Below are positions 34,201-46,200 of a DNA stretch of 64,000 nucleotides, piece by piece (the stretch's first letter is position 1; the number at the start of each line of letters is the position of its first letter). The DNA comes from Tubiluchus corallicola. Its lineage: Eukaryota > Animalia > Priapulida. Under the pieces are notes generated by a model. It saw nothing but the letters and a program-made list of their open reading frames with translations, was not told where the DNA came from and ran no database searches. Both the position numbers and the translations under genes were made by a program. The DNA lies in assembly GCA_030141605.1 (NCBI GenBank), contig JAQGDQ010000011.1:248001-312000 (forward strand). The letters are read 5' to 3'.

Positions 34201-37200
34201 GCAGTGATTTGCAAGCTGGTTGTAATAATACTAATAAGGGGAGAGGTGCAGATGTTGCAACAAACGAGTCACTGGGTATCCAGAACTTACCCAATCCCAC
34301 TGGCACAGTAACTCGTGACATTAAGAACTTGGAAAAGGAGAATATTTTGATTAGTGAAAAGGATATCCTTTCATATCCTACAAATTGTGATAGAATTCTA
34401 ACAGGCTGTGATGTTTTAGAACAATCAAATACACCACGTTTAGTAAATTTAGGAGAATGTTTGCTTAACCGAAATCCACTAACTCATTCTGGCAAGAAAA
34501 CACCTTTAAGACTATCTCTAAGTGATGCAAGTAATAACTATTCTAATGTTGCTGCTGACATTCTGGAAGATTGTCGTCCTGTGCATAGTAGCACCAGGAA
34601 GAGAAGAAACATTACACTGATTCCCCTGAATGTGAACACGAATTATTCCTTACGAGACAGGCTCTTGGCGAGTCCTGTTAAAAAAATCCGAAAGTTGAAA
34701 TTTCCGGATGAATCGCCTGTTGTTAAAAATGCGGAAGAGTTATCATCTGGAGGGCACACAGGGCATCATCCTAAACTTGCTCTGAGAAATTCTTGTCCTG
34801 CTTTTATCGACAGCAACGATGTTAGTTTAAAGGAATTGTCAACATCATGTCTTCTAGGATCGTCGATGTGTTCACCATATTATAAAGACCTGAAAGATAC
34901 TTGCTTGTTAGATTGCAGTTTAGATGACAGTAGTAGCAGTCGTGTTGGACATTTCTGCAACACCTCGCAAGGGCCTGAAAGAGTCGGGCATCGCTTGAAC
35001 AGTACTGCAGTGAATGCCAAAGAATTCAACACTCCTAGTGGCTTTGCTAACTTCAGTACGGCATTGTCGGAAATTAGTTGCTCTGATTCACCTGGATTAG
35101 GTGTAGCTGCTTATGGTGTATTAGCAATTGATTGTTGTGCATCTGATCTTCTAGACAGTAAGAGTAAGGACAGCGAGACTACTTTGACATTAGTACATGG
35201 AGTATCAGAAGAGGTAACGTACAGAACAGAAATAGCAGTTGTAGCATTGTCTGACTTGGTGTCACTGTTGTTGTTGTCGTCCTCATTATTTCTTCTTGTT
35301 TTAAACTCAGACCTGTATGTGTATAAGGAGTAGCAAAATGAATACACTTGCAAGCTTGCTTGCATAGGGACCAGAGGCGAAATATGCAGTGTTTACAGAG
35401 ATGGATTTTTAAAGGAAAACTGGACCAGTCTTAAACTATAGCTCAAAACAATCTAACCTACAAAATATGGAAAGGGAACATGCTGTTTTTCAAGAATGAC
35501 ATATAAAAAATTATTACCATAGAAATATAACTTCATGTATGCGCGGCTAGTTTTTCACGGTTACATGCATTTCACCATTCACTAGTTAGATGGGTACTAA
35601 CACCTGTATCTAGTAAACACATTGCTTAAGAACAAGCACTGTGCCTCTCAGTTCAAAGGTGTTTGGTTGTGACGTTCGAGAGTTCATGCTTCAGTACAGC
35701 GGTAAACTTTAAATTTACCGAGTTTTTGCATATCACATTGAATGTTTGTGCTGTTCAAAATTATGTTCAGTTGTGACGTCACCTCTAGTTGGGCTTGCCC
35801 CGTTAATTGAGTTTTAAACCTATTATTTAATTATTAGCAAAGCTTTTGTATTATCACAGGTATTAAATGTATACTTTTATGGTACTTCAAACTGGGGGAA
35901 GGATATGAAAAATAATAGTGTTTTCCTTTAAGGTTAGTTAAATATGCACTTATTTCAAAATGTTTTTCTCGGAGGCAGTAATTTCGCTACATACGTCTTG
36001 CTCTAAAATTAAAGAATGAGTTTCACTAAATTTACACCAAAGATTTCCATAGCTTTTCAAGTATTCTAGTATAAATTCTATTAAAACTGCAATTATTAAT
36101 GTTTGTTTGCTAAAAGTTTATGTACTTGCAGGTTGAACGTGTTCAGTCTTGGAGCAGAGGCAGGTCTTTCCAACATGGAAGAAAGTTAGGGTCAGTGAAT
36201 CGCTCACATGAGGTAGGCAATGATTGTTATTGGTTTCTTTTTACCATGTGAAATAAATTTGCATTGAAGTAAAATTATTACAAGACCTCACCATATTGTG
36301 TTGCATAGACATTTCTATCAAATATTTTTTCGTCTATTTTTATTCGTTCATTCGTTTTTTGTTCATTCTTTAATTCTTTTGGTTAACCACTCATAGATTT
36401 TTTATTATCATTTCTTACTCGTTAATTTAAATTCTTATTTATTCATTTAATTCTTAACTTGTTCGTTCATTTTTTACTCTATTGCATTCGTTCATTTATC
36501 TGTCTGTCCATCCATTCATTTTATTTATTCATTTCCTTGCTCTTTCTACGAATTTCCTTGAGCGTCACTTATTTGTTCCTTCATTTATTCATGCATTCAG
36601 TCAATCAGTTAGTCATTCATTGATTTATTTATGCGTGCATTCACCTATCACTACATTGATTTATTTACGTATTTATTTGTTCAATTGTGTATTTATTTCT
36701 TTATTCATTCGCTCACTCATTCAGTCATTCATCTAGTCATCGATTTATTGTTTCGCCCTACTACATTTGTTACGGGAACCAAACTATTGATTTTGTATTT
36801 CCCTGGTCTAAAACTGAAAAGATTCATTAATCTGGTTCATTTGGGTAATTATAAGCACTTAACCAGTCCACTTGTGTACATTGTCTGTGGAGTGCCTGGA
36901 TGCAAGGGGAGGGAGGTTATTAAGCTAATAATAGAAGGCAATTCCATTTGAACATTTTTATATGGTAAATAGGCATAGCAGGAACGCGATTGTGATCACA
37001 GCTGGGTGCCTGTTTGCGTGCATAAGCAATTAGCAGCTCATTATATCAACTCCCTTAGTTACAACGTTTATAACGATTAACAGGAATTGCATTAATCCGT
37101 ACATTAAGAGTTCCTGTACTGAATATAACAGGTTTAGAAAGACTGTGGTCCGGTGAGGGCAGCAGCCCGAGGGTCTGGTGTCACAGTGTCAATGATATCC

Positions 37201-40200
37201 TGACAGTGACAGTTGCACTAAGTTCAGCTGACGTTGTGTTTTGAGTGCTCAAGTGTTGTTAAATTTTCGTTTTGTTTCAATATGCATCTTTGTGTTAATG
37301 CATTTGTTACACCTCCGAGAAGGTCCAGTTTTAAAGATGTACGTATTATTGATGTCTGTAATTTTCTGTTGTTGTACATAAGAGATAAGTAAATTTATTT
37401 TTTTATTTTTAGTCAAGCTTGAACATTATGATAATATCTATATTATGTTATATTACTAAATAAAGTCTACGTCATTAGACGTAGATTTTGCGTTATACAA
37501 CCGCGTCTCTTAATCTTTATGTTAATTTTACTATCTCAAGTTACTAATTTTTTTTTATTGATTTCTGCTGCATATCCGGAAAAAAAGAACTACGCCCACG
37601 AGTAAGTGTGGCAGATTGAACAATTTTGCTTCATAAAATTAAGCGTTCTTTTTTTACTTAAAACTCAATATTATTAAATAAAACAGATAGTAATATCTGT
37701 TTTAATAATAATAAAATATAATATAATAGATCATAATAAAACAGATAAAATAGTTATATTAGTAATTAATGCGTTTAAAACACATCATTATGTAGTTGTT
37801 AGTGCAGTATTTGACAGATTATGTCATAAATAAATGCTGCTGGTTGTTATCTATTTAGAGTATATAAAATAGTTTATGAAACCTGTTAAAGTTAAGTAAG
37901 ATTCTATTACATAAAATATTTCATACGTTATGTCATAAGTAAATACTGTTAGGTGCTTATCTATTTGAGCGTATACTACCTACCTGTTAAATTATTTAGG
38001 AGTCTGCAAGTAGTCTTGAGAGATCTGTAAGTTGTCTTGAGTGACCTTTTTGGCGTGTCTATTGTGAAAGGCCCTGGATTCAAATTCCAAACTAACAATG
38101 AAATTCATTTTTTGCTTCCAGCTAAAAATTATGGTTCTGAAACTTCATTCATTAATGAATATTAAAATCCATTTATTTCCTTTTTAAAGGTTAACACAAT
38201 GTTTTGTCTGTTTACTTGACAAATCAGTGGTTATCAGTGAACTTGCAAGTTTATTTCTTACGATACAAACTGAGTCAAACTTGTTGTGAATTTTATTGTG
38301 TTTTAAATAAAGTCGATTTGATGACATTTTGCAGTCGTTGGCCTGTCAGAGATACAATTTGGAAGTGCCCCAGCAGCAAACGTCCAAGAGGCCCACCACA
38401 AGTGCAGCTAATCTCACAGTTTCCTCGGAGAGCCTTCAGGGTGATAAGAATCTCCGGACAAGGGGAAGGGTGGCCGGTTGGGCAGTGAGTTTTGAGAGAT
38501 TGCTAGAGGACGACGTCGGGCAACTTGTATTTACGGTTAGTTTCCTTCCCATTTTTCTGCCTTCTTGACTAAGTTTTTGACTTACTAATTAACGCACAGC
38601 TTTTTCTTCTGGGAAGTGTTTCCTTTACTACAAAATAGACATGTGAATAGTGTGTGAAGGGCAAAATAGTCTACTGTTTTAGCTAGACTACACAAAAGAT
38701 ACAAAAACATTCTTTTGGCAGTAAGAATGAATAAGACTGGCTCAAACACTGTCGATAATAAAATGTAAGTTTTGTAAACTTGCATACAAGCATTGATTTT
38801 TTCAAACCACACTTGACCAAAATATCAAAATGTAAACAGTTGAACTGCACTGCGTTTTATTTGAATTGCGGATCCTTTAGATGACAGGGTTAATGCCACC
38901 ATGAGTTTACTACACAGTCACTTAATACTAGTGGTTCTTGATGCAGTCACAATAGCTCCCCAATCCAACATTGCCACTTATCATTAATTTTCACTAACAC
39001 TAGAGTAATTATCAACTAATTGGACTAATTAGACTAATTTTTATGATTAATTTAGAACTTACAGTGATTTAAAAAAACGAACAACTTATTTCATCACTGA
39101 TATCTAGTAAGCTACCGTGATCCAGGGAATGAATCGTGGAAAATTTGTAATTACTGATTATGATAAATGTTTAGATTCAGTTTCAGTTCTTCTGCAGCAT
39201 GTCAACTCTATCTGTATTTGATGCAGCTGTTTTTTAAACTTTGCTGTTTTGTAAATTTGCAGGATTTTCTCAAAAAGGAATTCAGCGAGGAAAACATCAT
39301 TTTCTGGAAGATGGTTGACGATTACAAGAAGATTACAGACATTGAGGAGGTAAATTGTTATTTTCTGCACATATTTATTGTAAATTTTTCTTATACGAGT
39401 ACGTACTGTATACTGTTTTGCTTTTTTTTTGGAATAGTCACTTATGGTGCCCTTATTTACTTTTCGCAGTTTGTCATAATATAAATTATAGTGTCATAAG
39501 TGGCAGCAAAATTGACAGGGAGTTACTAAACTTGAATAATGTAGTACAAAGCCTCTGATAACTTAAATATGTGCTTTGATTATTGCGTTTCAGATTTGTC
39601 GTATCTTTCACACTCATCGTCGTGCGGATGTGTAAGAATACTAAATTTTAAAATCTGACTTAAATGTGTTCACGTTTTTCTGTTTAGAGGGCAAAAAGGG
39701 CGAAGGAAATCTACAATCGTTTTGTCTCGCATACGGCATCGGAGTCTGTCAATGTCGACGCTGTCGCCCGGTCAAAGGTAGAAAATGGTCTCGCTCGTCC
39801 GCAAGCCGACACCTTCAATGCTGCAGAGAAACAAGTAATTCTGTCTTTTTTATTACTAGCATGAAAACATTTGATATTTGATAAGGCTGCATAAGAGAAT
39901 ACAATCATTTCCTAGTATGCTACTAACTGTTTAGTATGACTCGCAGTGCTTGGTGATAGTTGCTGAAGCTTTACTTATACAACAGATAAAACAGTTTTAT
40001 AAACTTGCTTATTACTGAATTGAAATCATTTTCTTTGGCATGATTTGCGGCCTAAACTGGTTCTTATTTTCTGCTTGCTCTTGGATGAGATTCCGCAGCT
40101 CATAATTAAAGTTTACTGTGTGCTAGGGGTGAGCATTGAACATTCGAATTCAATTCGAAAGAGTTTTTTAAGTTCAAATTCAAGTACACACGTTCTTTAT

Positions 40201-43200
40201 CATTAAGATGTTCGAGACACCGTGCTATCAGCACCCTTAAACTGCAATTTTTGTGCAGAATAAAATCAAGTAATATGCGTGATCTTTGTGAGACCGTTTT
40301 TTATTAATGATTCGAAAACCTTTAAAACTGAATTCCATTCAGATCTGAAATCTTGAAATTTGCTTGATTCAAGTTCGAAAGTCAAAAATCAATATGATTC
40401 GAATACTGATGATTCGAATATGATTTCTGATAGAGAATGATCACCCCTGTTGTTTACATGGAAAGCCAGCTTCTAGCAGTTGAAATTTTCATGTTTTTAT
40501 AGACTGTTTGTCTTGAATGGTATTTCTATTTGTGCACTCATAAATAACTACAAGCTCTGTCTTTTGATTTTGAATTTTTTTTCGTGCCTTCAGTGTCACA
40601 AATATACTGATTATTTCTATTGGCTTAATTTTTAGCATAGAAAATAATATTTTCTGCTGAAACAGGTTTATTATTTGCTGTTATCTTTGCTAACATTAAA
40701 TGACTTTATTTTTTATGTCATTTTAGTATTTTTGCCATCTCACTAGGTGTACCACATGATGAAGTTCGACTGCTACACGCGATTTATCAAAGACGATTTG
40801 TACAAAGATTGCCTTTTGTGCGAGATAGAGAGCCGACCATTGCCGTACGAAGAGGACAAGAGTTGCTCCGGAACACCAAGATTGAGAAACAAGAAGAAGT
40901 CGAAGGAGGAGGATGAAAGGCGAAAGAGCTTGCTTCCACTTTTTGGTCATAAAAGTATGTATGCTGTTGTCTACAAACTGACTTACTGTAACAGTTGTCT
41001 TTCTTGATGTTGAGCAACAATGTTGACAATTTCATAATAATTATAAAATCTATGCAAAATTCACAGTTTCTTCTGCTAAACTAACAAGAACGCCACTTGT
41101 ACGTACATCGTAGAAATGAAGACGCCAACAAGCGAACAGCTTCACGGCAACAACGTGCGTCACCCCAAATAGTAGCATTTTATAAATTTAGTTCAAGCTT
41201 CCAGCCTACCACGTGCAAACAGTTTTTCGGTTGGTTTTGCCAGGCTTAGTTGTATTGCTTAATATACTGCGGCGTTCATTGGACAAAAGTGACAATTTAT
41301 AAAAACAAATTTTTACCGGTCGTTGCGACTGTATTTGTTTAAAAAACTCGAATCAAAACAGAATTTTGTAAAGTTTCGGTCGAATTTCTTAGAAAAAATC
41401 ACGGAAACAAAATTTTACTGAATTTTTTTTCTACTAATGAAACGAAAAGAAAATTTGTTTCAGTTCAGTAACCGAAATCCGGCTGATTTTCGGTGCAACA
41501 CCCCTACTACACAGTAGTCGATGTTAGCAATAAGAGCTTAATAAAAATTTTCTATTGCTTTTGTCACATATTTCTAAAAAAAGTGGTCTTATTCAATTTT
41601 CTTAACAATACTTTCTGTGGGAGTAATTCCAGATCGTGTCTAAATTGCTCTGGTTTTATTATCCATGGTTTTTTAAGTGGCTTATCAATTGCATTTCCAT
41701 GTTAGCTAGGAAAATAGTAAAATAAAGTAAAGAAATCTTTTTCAAAGCAATTTTCACATTATTCAGTGTAAACGTAACTCTTCATTTTGTGTTTCAGAAG
41801 CTAAAAAAGCAAAAGGGAATGCAGACAGTGCAGTGTTGGGAGAAAGTTCTAACAGTCTGCAAGTTGGAATGAGCAGTCTGCCTCGCAATCTCTCCCTAGC
41901 TAGCTGTGATCTTGTTACGTTGGAGAAGTCCGTTTCGGCATCCTCCAGAGAGGTAAGAACTGTCATGATGAATTTTTTTTAACTAATGCACATCTGATTG
42001 ACAGGTTAATGCCATTACTTCATCATGACTGGTTAATGCTATTAGTTTATCATGACTGATTAAGGTTATTACTTCACCATTTGCTTTTGTGCAGTGAGTC
42101 TTTTTGGCATACTGTGTTTAACTCAGTCAAAGTTTAACTTTTTTCTTCTCTGTTTTGTCATACTAGCAAAACTCTTTTGGATTTGGCCAGATCATAAGTG
42201 CATTGTGACTAAAATGCTTTTCCCAGAATTTGGTATCGTTTTCCTTTTCAGGGTTTTGAAAAGTATTAGAATGATTCTACCAAGAGGCAGACGCCATTTG
42301 TGGTGTCAGTATAAACTGCTGTAGAGATTTTATCCATAAAATATCCCAGAAACTCAATTTTATTCAATAAGTTTGAGAAACACAGAAAAACGCTGCCAAT
42401 ACTTTCCCTTATTTATTCCGTTAGTTATTAATATAGATCCATGATCTAATGCTGTGTTACTTCTTGTCTTATTTCACAGTGTCTAATGAACTTGTCCGTT
42501 TCAGTCACTAACATCACTCGGCAGGTTGTCTTCATCCGGCGACCTTGGCATGAAATTCTGCCGTATCATTCTTCCAAATGATATAACCAGCGTTATACAG
42601 GCTAAACCAGGTATGTACCTGAGGTGCACTGATGCTTTATGACAAATCTTAGTTGAGACTTTGCATGACAATTATCCTTGTTTCTCTCTACAAGTAAATT
42701 TATCCCTTTTCAGTAACTTCTGTATGTTTTGTACTGATATTACATAGAACAGTTCGGCACCTATGTAGACGTAAGTTGATGGCGAATGGCTGGTCACTTT
42801 ATGTTTTTTGGCCCTGATAAGTTAAACAGTACAGACCTGATTGATACAATATGCAATTGATAGATGACTGCTTAGAAAACTGCTTTGTGCCATAAGTACC
42901 AATTATTTTTCTGATTAATAGCGAATGTGTGCAGATCCTCCAATGACCGAAAAAAAGTTTCATCTTTGGTTCTGCACTGGGTTTCTGAACTCGCTAACAT
43001 GTTCGTTTCTTGGTAGTATGGTCCTGTTGAGTGTTAGATCTGGGTTGGCAGAGTACTACATTGCATAGTCGTTACATTAAGTTGTATATATGTCATCTTT
43101 TTGGGGGGTTGCATTAGTTATTATTAAACATTTCTAATTTGTTATTTCAATTTGTAGTAAAAAAATGATAAAAAGTTCCACTTAATGTGCCTTTCTGGGA

Positions 43201-46200
43201 GCCTAAAAGTGAAATTCAAATTTTTATAGGACAAACAGTGAAGACGGTCGTCACAAAAATGCTGGAAAAGAAAAAACTAGGTTTTGTGCAGTCTTTTGAT
43301 GTCGTGTACAAGGATTCTGGACAGGTACGGTGTCGTAGTGACTTCCTTCCATTTGAATGCGCATTGAGATTATGTTCGAAACTATTTAAAAACTGTTTTT
43401 TATTGGCATTCATTAAACCACATGACTGTGATGTCATATTGTGCCATAACATCAGTCATTTTCAGAATCACGTGATGTCTTTTATACTAAAATATCTCAG
43501 TTATTTTTTGTTCATGCTAAATGGCTTCTACATGAGTCTGGGAAAGACAGAAGTTGAGCATCTTGCTCCACTAACTTTTCATCATTTGTCTGTTAGTGTC
43601 ACAAGAGACAGAAAATGCTTAAATTATGTTTTCCTGAAATTTTGTGGCAGTTGTGCTGGCTGAAAGCTAACACATTAGTTGGTACCTTGAAATCAAGTTT
43701 CAACTCAGCAAATCAACGAAACTGACAAACAGCATGGAAGCACATGTTTACAGTTCATTTAATTAGGCCTAGTGCTGTGCCTTTTAACGTGGAACTTTTG
43801 AGTCCAAAAATGTGTTGTCTTCTGCATGACTTCATTTATGATTAGAAAAATACAAAATGTTATTCATTAAAATTGACTAATGACTTTGCAAGTCATTTGA
43901 GAAACCTGCTTTAGTTGGTTTTATTATAATCTTATTGTAGCATATGCAGTTTGGTAATTAATATCTTAATCCAGTGATGTTCTTGCATGCATATTTTTAA
44001 TAAAGCTGTTTTGTCACAGAACTTCGCTTGACAAAAGTCCATCTTCGTGCAAGTTGTTATGAAGTAGATGAAAAATTCTGCAATTATTTTACACATGTAC
44101 GCATGTGCGTTACCGTTTATATCAGTAATAATTATTGTTTCTAATTTCAAGGTGTTGGATCAAAATCAAGACATCAGTTTGTTCGCTTCACTGGAACTAC
44201 AAGTCGAGAGACGGATTGTTTTCTCAGCCGATTTGCCAAACGATCGAACCGTTGGAGCCCGTGTGCATGCTGATCGCACGATCGCCGATGTTCTTCCGTC
44301 ATTGCTGCACAAGTATGGGCTACAAGTAGAGGATGTAAAAGTGTACAAGGTAGATTCAGAACTGTTTTCTAATTTCGTGTTGTGCATTGTACGTTGTCTG
44401 TAATCTTGAGTTTCAAGTTTATCAATAAGTGATTATTTTATTAAACTAAATTTTGACCAAAAAATGAATGTGAAAACGGCTAGAATTGAACCGACTACCT
44501 TTGGATTACAAAGCTCATCACAAGGACTATATTGTCTGGTGGGGTTGTATTTGTAAACCAGAGTTAGTTGGTTGTTCAAACCTAAGCTCAGGACCAATTT
44601 GTTCACACTTTTTCCTTTTTTTAAAGTTTTATTTTGAAAATAATAGAATATGCCTAGAATACAGTCAGTGGAATCCTTTCTGTCATGTTCCTTAGTGATT
44701 TTTTTAGCTATCACAATATCTGCTTGTTTTGAGCTCATTTTAACAGCGTTTGCGAGTCTTTATTAATGGTCTAATTTCATTTTGCTAATTGTTTTACGTG
44801 TTATATTTCAGGAAGGAAGTGACTTTCCTTTAGATCCCTCTGGCAGCGCTGTCTCGGTCGAAGGCTGTAAACTGATTATTGTGAAAGTTGATTCTCCAAA
44901 AATTTCTGCTAAAACGGCTGCGACAAACAACAAGAAAAACAACGCGAAGCAGCAAAGTCGACCCATGAGTGCCATTAGCACTGGAAGCAACGTAAGTGCT
45001 GAAGTGGGCCGGTGGTGTGTGTAGTGCTTCATATTGCTATCGTATTTGCAAGCTCATCAGCATTAAGTGGGAAACATTTTCCTCTTCACCCCTATATGGG
45101 CAGATTTTTTGCATGTTGCACAGCTGTAGTTTCACGCAGGTACTTACCCTGTTGCATGTGCCAGATCTTCTAGTCTGCTTGTGAAACTGATAAAAACTTT
45201 GGTTAAAAAACTGACAAAAAAACTTTTGTTCGAAAGTGTTGCTAATAGAAAAACCGGTGAGAGGTCCTCATTAGATTCTGGGATTGAGATTTATATCAAT
45301 ATGCGTTTGCGCCCAGGCAACAAAACGGCAAAAATCGATATTGAACTGTGCAAGAGAACTGCAAGTCATTAAAATAACAGATCAGGAAAAAGTGCTTAAA
45401 TGTGCTACAAATTAATTACTATTTAGGCAAAGTGAAAAAAAAACTTAGATTTTAAAAAGACTGAAACAGAAATTTCAAGCAATTTCTGACAATTGTAAAT
45501 TACTAATTAATTTTTAAGTAGACGTTATCGACTTATATTTATCTGGTTGCAACCCTCGAAAGACTAATTTAATTGACTGTTAATAACGAAATCAACAAAA
45601 CAGTTCAAGTTCTACTGCATGGCATGATCAGCGTGGCTACAGCAGAAAGTCTGACTACATATAAAAACAGGTGTGATTGACAGGTGACGTTTACTATTGA
45701 AGTGAAATTTAGGTCACGGGACATACTAGTTTCCTTTTAAATGCCCTGGATTACAAAGGCAAAAATGCAAGGTGGTTTTATAAAGCTAAATTTAAATTGT
45801 TTGACAGTAACACAGTAACACAATGAAAGGCTCAAAAGATAGAGCAACAAGTACAACAATGTTGCTGCTTCTGCCATTTAACCTTCATAAACCATTTGGC
45901 TGTTAAGGCACTAACATTAACCACTTCTAATTCATTCTCTTTACTCTAATTAGAAGGCATGATGCAGATAAATTGAGATGTTTGTCAATAAAACTGAGCT
46001 GATTTGAAAAAAAAGTTGAGACAGCTAAAACAGTATTTGCCTTATTAAGTAGCTATTCTCCTGTTCATGTACTTTGCAATTAATGACGCTTTATATTTTT
46101 CCTTTAGGAGGAAGTTGAAAAATCGTCCATATGTGGAGCATTTTCCAGATGGACACCGGACAGGTCTCGTAATAAAACTAAGATGTCTCACGACTCCCGT

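Noticed and set aside
36482-36951. Hydrophobic ORFs
   Set aside because: Translation of the degenerate TTCA repeat.
42480-42504. Upstream acceptor for the first RBD exon
   Set aside because: Its frame hits a stop; the acceptor before 42505 keeps the frame.
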